NCBI GenBank assembly: GCA_965261735.1
Contig: OZ253470.1
Location: forward strand, 2,656,001 to 2,720,000
Direction: 5' to 3'
DNA from: Alphaproteobacteria bacterium
Lineage (GTDB): Bacteria; Pseudomonadota; Alphaproteobacteria; SHVV01
Length of the DNA: 64,000 nucleotides
Below the pieces are notes generated by a model that was not told the origin of the DNA, made no database searches, and worked only from the letters and a program-made list of their open reading frames with translations. Numbering within the stretch: position 1 is the first letter of the stretch; the number at the start of each line of letters is the position of its first letter. Positions 30,031 through 39,876 of the stretch are shown here, piece after piece. The position numbers and the translations under genes were made by a program.

Positions 30031-30282
30031 CCCCTCCCCCTACCCCCTCCCACCAGGGGAGGGGGGAAATTATGACGCTGCGAGAAATTGATAAACACGT
30101 CCCCCTCGCCTATGTCGTCCGGACTGCTTTGGGCTCAGCGTGAAAGAGGGCCGTCCCCCGGGGCGGCGGGTGGGGCGCTCCCTCCCAAAACAGCTTTCGT
30201 CCACCGCCTGCCACATAGCTCTCGCGATGCGGTCGCGGACCCCGCACCCTCCCCCTCGATGGGGGAGCGCTGGGTGGGGGTG
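30031..30282. repeat. inverted pair of REP-like palindromic elements between convergent genes
   Basis: CCCCTCCCCCTACCCCCTCCCACCAGGGGAGGGGG (30031-30066) and oppositely oriented CCCTCCCCCTCGATGGGGGAGCGCTGGGTGGGGGTG (30247-30282). Confidence 0.7.
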
Positions 30283-30308
30283 ACACGCGGACTTTGCGTA
30301 AGCATGAC

Positions 30309-30614
30309 CTATTCCCAGGTGGCGGGCTGGAACGCCGTGACGAACGCGTCGATGTCGGCTTCGCTGACGGCGGGCTCGGCGAGAACCGCGATCAGCGAAC
30401 CCACCGGCAGCGTGTCGCCGACCGAAGCGACGCGGCGGCGCAGCACGCCGGCGACCTCCGCATCGAGCGTGTTGGTGATCTTGTCGGTCTCGATATCGAC
30501 GAGGTCGGTGCCCTTCTCGACCTGCGCGCCCTCCTCCAGATGCCAGGCAACGATCTTACCCTCGGACATTTCGAGACCCCATTTCGGCAGGGTCACCGGC
30601 TGAATGAGCGCCAT
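30309..30614 (-). CDS. stand-alone lipoyl-domain protein (AcoC N-terminus-like, 101 aa)
   Basis: LPKWGLEMSEG, ETDKI lipoyl-Lys motif, GDTLPVG; stop right after the domain. Confidence 0.85.
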   Translation of the reverse strand: MALIQPVTLPKWGLEMSEGKIVAWHLEEGAQVEKGTDLVDIETDKITNTLDAEVAGVLRRRVASVGDTLPVGSLIAVLAEPAVSEADIDAFVTAFQPATWE

Positions 30615-30622
30615 AGCCGCGG

Positions 30623-31633
30623 CTACCGCTCGAGGACGCCGCGGATGGCCGCCTCGATACGCGGCGGTCCCGGTACGTAAGCGCGCTCCAGCTCGCGCGC
30701 GAACGGGATCGGCGTGTGCGGCGCGGTCACCTGGGCGATGGGTGCCTTGAGGTCGCGGAAGCCCTTTTCGGCCACGATCCCGGCGATGTCGGAGGCGATG
30801 CTGCACCGGGGCGGCGATTCATCGACGATCACCAGGCGGCCCGTCTTGGCGACGCTCGCCAGGATCGCCTCTTCATCGAGCGGCGAGGTCGTGCGTGGGT
30901 CGATCAAGTCGCAGGTGATCCCGTCGGCCGCGACCTGATCGAGCGCACGCTCGGCGAAGCCGACCATGCGGGCGAGCGCCACGACGGTCGCGTCCTTGCC
31001 CTCGCGCACCCGCGCGGCCTTGCCGAGCGGCACTGTGTGCTCGCCGTCCGGCACCTCTCCCTTGCGCGAATACAGAGCCTTGTGCTCGAAAAAGATCACC
31101 GGGTCGTCGTCGCGAATCGCCGTCGTCAACAGGCCCTTGGCATCCGCCGGGTTGGACGGGATCGCCACCTTGAGGCCGGGCACCGACGTCAGCATCGGGT
31201 AGACGGTCTGTGAGTGCTGCGCGCCGGCGTTCATGCCCGCTCCCATCGAGGTCCGGATCACGAGCGGCGTGCGCGCTTTGCCGCCGAACATGTAGCGAAA
31301 CTTGGCCGCCTGGTTGTAGAGCTGGTCGAGGCAGACGCCCACGAAGTCGGCGAACATGATCTCGGCCACCGGCCTCAGCCCGGCGAGGGCCGCGCCGTTG
31401 GCGGCGCCGGCGATGCATGATTCGCTGATCGGCGTGTCGATCACGCGATCCTCGCCGAACTCCGTGATCAGCCCCTTGGTGACCCCGAAGATACCGCCGG
31501 CCGCATCGCGGGTTCCCGATGTGCCGCCGGCGCCGCCCGAGACGTCCTCACCGAGAACGATCACGGTCTCGTCGCGGCGCATCTCGGCGAACAGGGCTTC
31601 GTTGAGCGCCTCCCGCATGGTCTTGGTCGCCAT
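30623..31633 (-). CDS. acoB: acetoin/2-oxoacid dehydrogenase E1 beta subunit
   Basis: RVIDTPISE, AEIMFADF, NQAAKFRYMFGG, AQHSQ, FFEHK. Confidence 0.85.
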   Translation of the reverse strand: MATKTMREALNEALFAEMRRDETVIVLGEDVSGGAGGTSGTRDAAGGIFGVTKGLITEFGEDRVIDTPISESCIAGAANGAALAGLRPVAEIMFADFVGVCLDQLYNQAAKFRYMFGGKARTPLVIRTSMGAGMNAGAQHSQTVYPMLTSVPGLKVAIPSNPADAKGLLTTAIRDDDPVIFFEHKALYSRKGEVPDGEHTVPLGKAARVREGKDATVVALARMVGFAERALDQVAADGITCDLIDPRTTSPLDEEAILASVAKTGRLVIVDESPPRCSIASDIAGIVAEKGFRDLKAPIAQVTAPHTPIPFARELERAYVPGPPRIEAAIRGVLER

Positions 31634-31648
31634 TCGCCGCGCTCCCGC

Positions 31649-32617
31649 TCAGTAGCTCAGGTAGACGTCTTCGAGGCCGCTTTCGACGGGAGGCGCGGGC
31701 GCCGCCTTGGCGGCGACCACCGCGTCCTCGATCAGTGCGCCGACCTCCTGATCGATCTCGTCGAGGTCCTTGGCCTCGAGCACCGCGGCCTCGAGCACGG
31801 CGTTGCGGAACTTGAGCAGGCAGTCCTTCTCGGCACGCAATTTCTCGACCTCACCCTTCGCGCGATAGAGCTGCGGGTCGCCCTCGAAGTGGCCGAAATA
31901 TCGTGTCGCCTCGGCATAGACGGCGCTCGGGCCGTCGCCCTTGCGGGCATGTTGAACGGCGTTCTGTGCCGCCTCGTGGACCGAGAAGAAGTCGAAGCCG
32001 TCCGCCTCCCACACCGGAAGGCCGAAGCCGGCGATCCGTTTGACCGGGTCCTTGCAGCCGATGCCGTAGCTCGCCCCGGTGTGCTCGCTGTAGCCGTTGT
32101 TCTCGAACACGAACACCTTGGGCACTTGGAGCACCACTGCCATGTTCATGGCCTCGAACACGGTGCCCTGGTTGGTCGCCCCATCACCGCTGAAGGAGAC
32201 GGCGACGCGGCCGTCCTTTCGCACCTTTGCCGCGATCGCGGCGCCGACCGCGATGGGTGGCCCGCCACCGACGATGGCGTTGGCGCCGAGCATCCCCTTG
32301 TCGAGGTCGGCGATGTGCATCGATCCGCCGCGACCCTTGCACAGGCCGTCCTGCCGCCCGTAGATCTCGAGCATCATCCCCCTGACATCGCAGCCCTTGG
32401 CGATGCAGTGGCCGTGGCCGCGGTGGGTGCTGATAATGTAGTCGCGATCGCCGAGGTTTTCGCATACACCGACCGCGATCGCCTCCTGCCCGGCATACAG
32501 GTGGGTGAAGCCGGCGATCTCACCGGTGCGGTTCTCGACGTGGAGCCGCTCCTCGAACTCGCGGATCGTCCTCATCTGGCGATAGGCGCGGAGCATCTGT
32601 TCGCGGCTGTGCTGCAC
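31649..32617 (-). CDS. acoA: acetoin/2-oxoacid dehydrogenase E1 alpha subunit (TPP)
   Basis: GFTHLYAGQEA, THRGHGH, GRGGSMH, GDGATNQG...ENN, RYFGHFEGD. Confidence 0.85.
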   Translation of the reverse strand: MQHSREQMLRAYRQMRTIREFEERLHVENRTGEIAGFTHLYAGQEAIAVGVCENLGDRDYIISTHRGHGHCIAKGCDVRGMMLEIYGRQDGLCKGRGGSMHIADLDKGMLGANAIVGGGPPIAVGAAIAAKVRKDGRVAVSFSGDGATNQGTVFEAMNMAVVLQVPKVFVFENNGYSEHTGASYGIGCKDPVKRIAGFGLPVWEADGFDFFSVHEAAQNAVQHARKGDGPSAVYAEATRYFGHFEGDPQLYRAKGEVEKLRAEKDCLLKFRNAVLEAAVLEAKDLDEIDQEVGALIEDAVVAAKAAPAPPVESGLEDVYLSY

Positions 32618-32708
32618 CAGTTCTTCTCCTTGCCGATATCCCTGCCCGAGCGCCGCAGTCTAGCCGTGCGGCCGCCGAGGATATAGGGCGGATGCGCCGA
32701 CGTGTCGG

Positions 32709-33461
32709 CTAGGCGGTGTCCTGCGATCCCATCGCCCACCGAATACCGCGCCGCAGCAGCTCGTAGTAGACCGGGAGCTGCCAGGCGCCGCGCTCGACGA
32801 ACGGATAGAACTGCGCGAGCGGCCGCAAGTCGAACCGGCCGCGGGCATGGCCGAGGGTGAGGTACAACACCTCGCCGCCGCCATGCTCTCGCAAATACAT
32901 CACCTGGTGCTCGCTATCCGGCCACTCGTCGCGGACGAAGGTCTCGGTGCGGCCCGCGAACCGCGTGACCAAAAGCGGTCGGTTGCCCGGCCGGTGGTCC
33001 TGGAGGTACTGCTCGTCCTCGACGACGAATTCTTCGATCCCTCGCACCAGCGGGTGCTCCGCCTCCGCGGGTGTCACCTTGAAACGCCCTATCGGAACGG
33101 GGTGCGCCATGAACTGGCTGCCGACCATGTCGAGGAACGCGGCATCCAGCTCGGGGCACTCGACGCGCTTGTCGTCGCGGAAGCGCAGGGTCGAGTTGGT
33201 GCCGTGCAGGGCGAGCCAGCGCCGTCCACGGCCGAGGAAGCGGGACAACCCCTCGATCTCGTCCGCGCCGGGGATAACGTCGCACGTATAGGTGACGAGC
33301 ATGTCGGCGCCGGCGATGGCCTCGATGTCGGCGTAGGAGTCGGCGACGCGCACGCGCAGCGTTTCGTGCTCCGCGAGCAGCTTCAGGAGTTCGAGGCGGG
33401 CGAAGTCGATGTCGTGGTACTTGCCGCCCGCCACCAGGTAGACGCTGATCGGGGCAGCCAA
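32709..33461 (-). CDS. ThuA-like domain protein
   Basis: GGKYHDIDFARL, LHGT, HPL, DEQY, YLTLGH; TTG start with GGAGG RBS. Confidence 0.78.
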   Translation of the reverse strand: MAAPISVYLVAGGKYHDIDFARLELLKLLAEHETLRVRVADSYADIEAIAGADMLVTYTCDVIPGADEIEGLSRFLGRGRRWLALHGTNSTLRFRDDKRVECPELDAAFLDMVGSQFMAHPVPIGRFKVTPAEAEHPLVRGIEEFVVEDEQYLQDHRPGNRPLLVTRFAGRTETFVRDEWPDSEHQVMYLREHGGGEVLYLTLGHARGRFDLRPLAQFYPFVERGAWQLPVYYELLRRGIRWAMGSQDTA

Positions 33462-33462
33462 C

Positions 33463-33906
33463 CTATGCCTCCGGGCGGCGTCGCACGAGGTCGGTCGAAT
33501 CGAAGCACAGCACGACCTCGTCATTCTGCTTGAGGACCTCGTGGTGCAGCGTGATCACGCCGGCCTCGGGCCGCTTGGCCGAACGACGCTTCATGACACA
33601 ACGCGAGGTCGCATAGATCAGATCGCCGGGCCGAACGGGGCGGCGCCACTTCACCTCGTCCCAGGCGACGCCGCAGATGAAGGCGATATCGCCGCTGACC
33701 TCGTGATCCATCAGGCGCCATAGCGCCGCCGTGTAGATGCCGCTGGCGATGAGCCCGTCGAACAGGGACTCCTTCGCGGCTTGCCGGTCCGTGTGAAAGG
33801 GCTGAGGATCGTACTTGCACGCGAACTCGACCATCGCGGCCTCGTCGACCCGCATAGCGCTCGACCGGGTGGTCTCGCCGATCTCGATATCGTCCCAGTA
33901 GCGCAT
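33463..33906 (-). CDS. MaoC-family dehydratase
   Basis: FA..YDPQPFH.D..AA..S.F.GLIASG, W.RPVRPGD. Confidence 0.9.
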   Translation of the reverse strand: MRYWDDIEIGETTRSSAMRVDEAAMVEFACKYDPQPFHTDRQAAKESLFDGLIASGIYTAALWRLMDHEVSGDIAFICGVAWDEVKWRRPVRPGDLIYATSRCVMKRRSAKRPEAGVITLHHEVLKQNDEVVLCFDSTDLVRRRPEA

Positions 33907-33911
33907 GGCCC

Positions 33912-35222
33912 TCAGCGCGCCGCGCTCGCCGGTTCGCCGTAGCGCTCGAGATAATCGTCGATGACCTTGTGGAAGTGGCGGATGCGCACCTCTTGCTTGC
34001 CGAGCCACAGACCGCTGAAGCCGTTCGAGTGCATCCCCGCCTGAACACCCGGCAGGTTGTGGGCGTCCTGGTTGAGGACCCGGCCGAGCGATACTTCGCC
34101 GTGCTTGAAGCGCTGGTGCCGGGGGGCCGGGGGCCGCTCCTCTTCTTCGCGCCTGAGCAGCCTGAAATTCTGCAGGTCGAAGTACATCTTGTTCGGGTCG
34201 AACGGGTGCGGGCGGTGTCGAAACAGCATCAGATCGTCGGCGTGCGTGTTGAAGGTGACGTTGGGGAAGACCGCGTAGTGATAGTCGTCGGTCAGCTGGT
34301 CGTCGTTGAGATCGGCATAGTCGAGCCCTTCGCTCGGCCCGTGTTCGCGCTTCCAGCGCTGGACGGCATGGCGCACCTCCGAGACGCGGCCGTCGAAATC
34401 GGCCGGGTCCATGCCCGCCTCGGTCATGATGAGCTTGATCAGGGGCGGCAGTTCGCTCGTTTCGCCGACCCGCTCGCTGACCGTGGCAAAGGGCACGAGG
34501 TAGCGGCTGTGGCGCTCGTAGCAGTCGATCTGGAGGTCGCGGTCCTCGAGGTAATACAGGAGCTGCGGATGAATGCCCTGGACGTGATAGCTCTCGTTGA
34601 AGGCATCGACCGCGGTCTTCCAGTTGCAGTCCCATTCGACTGTCCAGTCTCGAATCATCACCATGCGCTCGAAGTGATAGGGATCGAGGTGCGCAGGCAA
34701 CGGAGCGAGGAAGTCGTGAAGCGGCTCCGGTTCGGGGTTCAGGGTGAACCACACGAAGCTTCCCCAGGTGTCGCAGTGGAGCTCGGCCAGGCCGTTGCAG
34801 GGCGTCCCTTGGGCGAAGGTCTCGCCATCCGGAATACGGTGGAACCGGCCGTCGAGCTCATATTCCCAGTGATGGTAGGCGCACCTGAACGTCTCGGCGG
34901 TCCCCATGCGTGCCGGCACCAGTCGATTGCCGCGATGCTGGCACACGTTGTAGAAGGCCCGCACGCGGTCGTCGGCCTGGCGCACGAGAAGAACGGACTC
35001 GAGCCCGATCTCGTCGACGAAATAGTCGCCGGGCCCGGGAATGTCATCCTCGCGGCACGCCATCAGCCACACCTTGGACCACACGCACGCCCATTCTCGC
35101 TGCATGAATTCAGGGCTGGTGTAGCGCTCCTTGGCAATCGGCGCGGTGCCGAAATCGGGATCAGCCTCTTTACCGATTGGCGTCTTGGTGAAGTCGGCCG
35201 GCCCGATTCTGCGTACGCTCAT
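33912..35222 (-). CDS. Rieske ring-hydroxylating oxygenase alpha subunit
   Basis: CQHRG...CAYHHW, ESYHVQGIH, NQD. Confidence 0.92.
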   Translation of the reverse strand: MSVRRIGPADFTKTPIGKEADPDFGTAPIAKERYTSPEFMQREWACVWSKVWLMACREDDIPGPGDYFVDEIGLESVLLVRQADDRVRAFYNVCQHRGNRLVPARMGTAETFRCAYHHWEYELDGRFHRIPDGETFAQGTPCNGLAELHCDTWGSFVWFTLNPEPEPLHDFLAPLPAHLDPYHFERMVMIRDWTVEWDCNWKTAVDAFNESYHVQGIHPQLLYYLEDRDLQIDCYERHSRYLVPFATVSERVGETSELPPLIKLIMTEAGMDPADFDGRVSEVRHAVQRWKREHGPSEGLDYADLNDDQLTDDYHYAVFPNVTFNTHADDLMLFRHRPHPFDPNKMYFDLQNFRLLRREEEERPPAPRHQRFKHGEVSLGRVLNQDAHNLPGVQAGMHSNGFSGLWLGKQEVRIRHFHKVIDDYLERYGEPASAAR

Positions 35223-35238
35223 CGTGGCTCCGCCCTCC

Positions 35239-35994
35239 TCAGAAGGGTACGCGACGGGAGAATCCGCCATCGACGAGGAGGTTGCTCCCGCTCATCCAGC
35301 TGGCGGCCGGGCTCACCAGGAACAGGACGCTATCGGCTATCTCGTCCACCGTACCCATTCGGCGGGCCGGGTGCCGACGTAGCGCGGCGTTGTAGAGCTT
35401 CGGGTCGGCACGCTCCAGCATGTCCCACCTGCTCCCCTCGAACATGGTCGGTCCGGGCGAGACGACATTGACCCGTATGCCACGCTCAGCCTGAGAGAGC
35501 TGCTTGGCGTAGACGATCAGGGCCGCGTTGAGGGCATTGTAAGCCGATGGCGCGGCAAACGTCTCGGCCGCCTCCGCGTCCGCCATGAAAACGATCGCCG
35601 CGGCATCGGAGCGGCGCAGAAAGGGCAGAATGCACTCGCAGCCGCGGACCGCGCCCATGACATCGATCTCGAAGTTGCGGTACCAGTTGCGCTCGCTGTC
35701 CATCCCCGTTCCACCGCTGACGCCGGCAACGAAGATATCCAATCCGCCCAGTGTGTCGCCGGCCGCGGCGAGCCAGCGCCGATACGCCGCGGCATCGCGG
35801 ACGTTGAGGGCTGCGCCCGACGCGCTGACGCCGCGCGATTTCAGCGCGGCCACCGTCTCCCTGACGCCATCCTCGCCGCGCGCACAGATCGCGAGTTCGC
35901 AGCCCTCGTCGGCGAGCCGTTCGGCAAGCTTGCGGCCGATCCCCCGCGTGGCACCGGTCACGATCGCCTTTCGCCGCTGCAGCCCTAATTCCAT
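35239..35994 (-). CDS. SDR-family protein, paralog of 28514-29275 with degenerate catalytic motif
   Basis: TGATRGIG, WYRNFEID.MGAVRGC shared with the paralog; YNALN instead of YNAMK. Confidence 0.85.
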   Translation of the reverse strand: MELGLQRRKAIVTGATRGIGRKLAERLADEGCELAICARGEDGVRETVAALKSRGVSASGAALNVRDAAAYRRWLAAAGDTLGGLDIFVAGVSGGTGMDSERNWYRNFEIDVMGAVRGCECILPFLRRSDAAAIVFMADAEAAETFAAPSAYNALNAALIVYAKQLSQAERGIRVNVVSPGPTMFEGSRWDMLERADPKLYNAALRRHPARRMGTVDEIADSVLFLVSPAASWMSGSNLLVDGGFSRRVPF

Positions 35995-36184
35995 TCCGCC
36001 TCCGCGGCGCATGTGGGGCGCCATCGCTGCCCGCGCCGCCACCACCACGCCATGGCTACGAGTATACAATACAAAGGGATTCGTATATTGATCCCGTCTT
36101 TCCGCGGGTCGACCAAGGCGCGACGCGCGGGCGGGTGCGATGCCGCTGGCGCACACTGCGTCACCCCGACTGAAAGAGATTCGC

Positions 36185-37489
36185 GTGGCAACAGATGGTG
36201 CACCCGATCGCCATGCGACCGGGTCAGAATTCCACCCCCCGGAGCCGAGCGATCAGGAGACCAAGGCGCCGGGGGTCCTGTCGGGCATCCAGGTCATCGA
36301 CATGTCCCGGGTCGTCGCCGGTCCGCTGGCCGGGCAGATTCTGGCCGACCTCGGTGCCAACGTGATCAAGATCGAGCGCCGCGGCGATGGCGACGATGTG
36401 CGCGCCCTGGGCCCACCCTGGATCAAGGACGCGGCCGGCGAGGATACGGAACACTCTACGTATTTCCAGTCGGTCAATCGCGGCAAGCGCTCACTGACCC
36501 TGGATTTCACCCGTCCCGAAGGAGCCTCGGTGCTGCACCGACTGATCGCCGGGGCTGATGTCGTGCTCGAGAATTTCCGCCCCGGAACGCTGGCAAAGTA
36601 CAGCCTCGGCCCGGAGGAGCTTCTCACCCGACACCCGCGCCTGATCTACTGCTCGATCAGTGGGTTCGGTCATTCCGGGCCCTACGCCGAGCGCTCGGGA
36701 TACGACTACCTCGTCCAGGCGATGGGCGGGCAGATGGCGGTGACCGGGCTTCCCGATGGCGCGCCCGGCGCCTCGCCGATGCGGGTCGGCGTGCCGATCG
36801 CCGATATATGTGCGGGCAATAACGCGGCGATCGCCATTCTCGCGGCGCTGCTGTATCGCGAGCGGACGGGCGCCGGCCAGCACATCGATATCGCGCTCTT
36901 CGACTCGCAGATCGCGATCGTGCTCAACCCGCTCACCGCGTGGCTGAATGGGCGATCAGCGGTGCCACGGACCGGCAACGAGCACCCGAGCGCGGTTCCC
37001 TACGGCGTGTTCCCCACGGCCGATGGTCACCTGTTGATCGCCACGTTCAACAATCGCGAATTCGCTCGGCTCGCCGGGGCCCTCGGGAAAGCGGAGTGGG
37101 CCGAGGACCCGCGGTTCGAGAATTCAAGCGATCGCGTGGCACACCGGGCCGAACTGGTCGCCGAGATGTCCGCGGTCCTGGCCGGCGCCGGCCGGCTGGA
37201 ATGGATGGAGCGCCTCAATGCGGCGAAGATTTCGTGCGGACCGATCAACACGATGGCCGATATCGAGGCCGACCCGCAAGTGGCCGCGCGCGAGATGATC
37301 GTTACGCTCGCGCACCCGGTCGCGGGCGAGCTACGTGTCGCCGGCAGCCCGCTCAAGATGTCCGCCCTCCCCGTCCGCTACGACCGCCCGCCGCCCCTGG
37401 TCGGCGAGCATACCGACGAAATCCTGACCGGCCGGCTCGGCTTGACCACCGCCGAGATCGCGGCGCTCCGGCGTGCCGAGGTGATATGA
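36185..37489 (+). CDS. CaiB/BaiF family III CoA-transferase
   Basis: SRVVAGP, DLGA.VIKIE, NRGKRS, ENFRPG, GYD; start uncertain (36140 or 36185). Confidence 0.93.
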   Translation: MATDGAPDRHATGSEFHPPEPSDQETKAPGVLSGIQVIDMSRVVAGPLAGQILADLGANVIKIERRGDGDDVRALGPPWIKDAAGEDTEHSTYFQSVNRGKRSLTLDFTRPEGASVLHRLIAGADVVLENFRPGTLAKYSLGPEELLTRHPRLIYCSISGFGHSGPYAERSGYDYLVQAMGGQMAVTGLPDGAPGASPMRVGVPIADICAGNNAAIAILAALLYRERTGAGQHIDIALFDSQIAIVLNPLTAWLNGRSAVPRTGNEHPSAVPYGVFPTADGHLLIATFNNREFARLAGALGKAEWAEDPRFENSSDRVAHRAELVAEMSAVLAGAGRLEWMERLNAAKISCGPINTMADIEADPQVAAREMIVTLAHPVAGELRVAGSPLKMSALPVRYDRPPPLVGEHTDEILTGRLGLTTAEIAALRRAEVI

Positions 37490-37884
37490 CCGGCGACGGG
37501 CGCGAAATGGATGATGCCGCCGTCGCGCCGCCCGCTGCGCAGTACGTGGCGTTCCTTCGCCTGGGCCGGTTCATGCTGCAGCGCTCGCGCGTGACGGGCG
37601 CGTTCTTCTTCTACCCGCGCGTGGCCGAACCCGGCACCGGCTCGGGCGAGCTGGAATGGGTCGAGGCCTCAGGTCAGGGCCGCGTCTACTCGACGACGGT
37701 GATCCGCAAGCGTTCGCCCGAGCCGAGCTACAATCTCGCCCTCATCGACCTCGAGGAGGGACCACGGATGATCAGCCGGGTCGAAGGGCTGGCCCCGGAA
37801 GACGTCCGCATCGGCATGGAGGTGCGGGTCAAGATCGTTGCGGGTGAGCCGCACGCTTACGTCGTTTTCACACCGATCTCCTGA
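37486..37884 (+). CDS. OB-fold (DUF35/ChsH2-like) protein
   Basis: FFYPR, LEWVEASG.G.VYS.T, L.EGPRM.SRV, V.IGM.V. Confidence 0.88.
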   Translation: MTGDGREMDDAAVAPPAAQYVAFLRLGRFMLQRSRVTGAFFFYPRVAEPGTGSGELEWVEASGQGRVYSTTVIRKRSPEPSYNLALIDLEEGPRMISRVEGLAPEDVRIGMEVRVKIVAGEPHAYVVFTPIS

Positions 37885-37905
37885 CGGTAGGGGCCCCGTG
37901 TAGCG

Positions 37906-39066
37906 ATGGCTTCGATGGATGCGTTTCCGCGCGGCGGCGCCGCCATCGTCGGTGCGGCAACGTTCGGAATCGGTGAGGCGCCGGGCTTCGAGTCGATCGA
38001 CCTGGCCGCCCAGGCCTCGCTCAGCGCGCTACGCGATGCAGGCGTCGCGGTGCGCGAGGTTGACGCACTTTTCGTTGGGCTCCCGCGGGACTATCTCTCG
38101 GGGCTCACGCTGTCCGAGTATCTCGGCATCCGGCCGACGCTGACCAACAACAACCGCACCGGCGGTTCGAGCTTCCTGACCCACACGAGCGCTGCCGCGA
38201 TCGCGTTGTCGGCGGGGCTCTGCGACGTCGCGCTGATCGCCTACGGCAGCAATCAGCGTACCGGCGCCGGTAAGCTCGTCAGCTCGTGGAACTCTTCGCC
38301 CTTCGAGGCGGCCTACGAGCCGATGATGCCGGTCGCCGGCTATGCGCTGGCCGCGGCGCGGCACATGCACGAGTTCGGCACCGCGCGCGAGCAGCTGGCC
38401 GAGGTCGCGGTCGCGGCACGGGCGTGGGCGAAGCTGAACCCGGAGGCCTTCATGCGCGACGATCTCGACGTTGCGCAGTGCCTCGCCTCGCGCATGGTCG
38501 CCGATCCGCTAACGGTGCGCGATTGCTGCCTGGTGACGGACGGTGCGGCCGCTGTGGTGATGACGCGGGCCGACCGGGCGCGTGATGCCGTGAGCGAGCC
38601 GATTTACCTGCTCGGTGCAGGCGAGGCGGTGACGCACAAGGAAATCGCCAGCATGCCGGACCTGACGGTGACGGGTGCGCTCGAGTCCGGACGGTGCGCC
38701 TACGAGAGCGCGCGCCTCGAACCCTCCGACATCGACGTGGTCGAGCTCTACGACGCCTTCACGATCAACACGATCCTGTTCCTCGAGGACCTGGGCTTTT
38801 GCGAGAAGGGTGAGGGCGGGCGCTTCGTGGAGGGAGGGCGCATCGCCCCCGGCGGCGCTCTGCCCGTCAATACCAACGGCGGCGGCCTGTCCTGCGTCCA
38901 CCCCGGCATGTACGGTCTGTTCACGCTGGTCGAGGCGGTCGAGCAGCTGCGCGGTGGCGCCGGGGCACGCCAAATCGAGGGCGCCAAGCTCGCCCTGTGC
39001 CACGGCAACGGCGGCGTGCTTTCGAGCCAGGTCACGAACATCCTCGGCACCGCCGAGACGCTGTAG
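37906..39066 (+). CDS. thiolase-superfamily protein (SCP-x/Ltp2-like)
   Basis: RDCCLVTDGA, ELYDAFT, PVNTNGGGLS, HGNGG. Confidence 0.88.
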   Translation: MASMDAFPRGGAAIVGAATFGIGEAPGFESIDLAAQASLSALRDAGVAVREVDALFVGLPRDYLSGLTLSEYLGIRPTLTNNNRTGGSSFLTHTSAAAIALSAGLCDVALIAYGSNQRTGAGKLVSSWNSSPFEAAYEPMMPVAGYALAAARHMHEFGTAREQLAEVAVAARAWAKLNPEAFMRDDLDVAQCLASRMVADPLTVRDCCLVTDGAAAVVMTRADRARDAVSEPIYLLGAGEAVTHKEIASMPDLTVTGALESGRCAYESARLEPSDIDVVELYDAFTINTILFLEDLGFCEKGEGGRFVEGGRIAPGGALPVNTNGGGLSCVHPGMYGLFTLVEAVEQLRGGAGARQIEGAKLALCHGNGGVLSSQVTNILGTAETL

Positions 39067-39078
39067 CGGCGGCGCTCT

Positions 39079-39876
39079 CTATCTTCCCTGAAAATCGGGC
39101 TTGCGCTTTTCCAGCATGGCGGTCACGCCTTCGCGGAAGTCGTCGGTGGCTTGCGCGATTGATTGCAGCGCCGCCGCGAGCTCCAGGCTCTGCGGCAGGG
39201 TGAGGCGCTCGGTCTCGCGGAGCAGGCGCTTGTTCAGCCGCAGCGAATGCGGCGGATGGCGGGCCATGCGCTCGGCAATGGCGAGCGCCTGCGGCAACAG
39301 GTCCTGCGGCGGATGCACGGCGGAGACCAGGCCCCAGTCGAGCGCGCGCTCGGCGTCGACCGGATCGCCGGTCAGGGTCATCTCGTAGGCGCGAGCTGCA
39401 CCGACGATGCGCGGCAGAAACCATGCACCGCCATCGCCCGACACGAGCCCGAGGCGGACGAAGCTCTCGGCGAAACTCGCCTGCTCGGCGGCAACGCGGA
39501 CGTCGCACATGAGCGCGAGATCGCAACCCGCGCCAACCGCCGGCCCGTTGACCGCCGCAACGACCGGAATCTCGAGGTCGTACATCGCCAGCGGAATGCG
39601 CTGGATGCCGAAGCGATAGCCGCGCCGCGCCTCGGCAGGATTGCCACCGAACATCCCGGCGCGAGCCTGCATATCCTTGACGTTGCCGCCGGAGCAAAAG
39701 GCGCTTCCCGCGCCGGTCAGCACGAGGCAGGAGACCGACATTTCGCGGTTCAGGCGGTCGCATCGGCTCGCGATCGCCTCGGCCAGCTCATCGTCGATCG
39801 CGTTGCGCGTTTCGGGGCGGTTGAGCGTGAGGACACCGACGCGCCCGCGCTGCTCGAATAGGACCGCTTCACTCAT
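39079..39876 (-). CDS. enoyl-CoA hydratase/crotonase family protein
   Basis: LNRP..RNA, AFCSGGN, AVNGPAVGAG, LGLVSGDGG. Confidence 0.92.
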   Translation of the reverse strand: MSEAVLFEQRGRVGVLTLNRPETRNAIDDELAEAIASRCDRLNREMSVSCLVLTGAGSAFCSGGNVKDMQARAGMFGGNPAEARRGYRFGIQRIPLAMYDLEIPVVAAVNGPAVGAGCDLALMCDVRVAAEQASFAESFVRLGLVSGDGGAWFLPRIVGAARAYEMTLTGDPVDAERALDWGLVSAVHPPQDLLPQALAIAERMARHPPHSLRLNKRLLRETERLTLPQSLELAAALQSIAQATDDFREGVTAMLEKRKPDFQGR

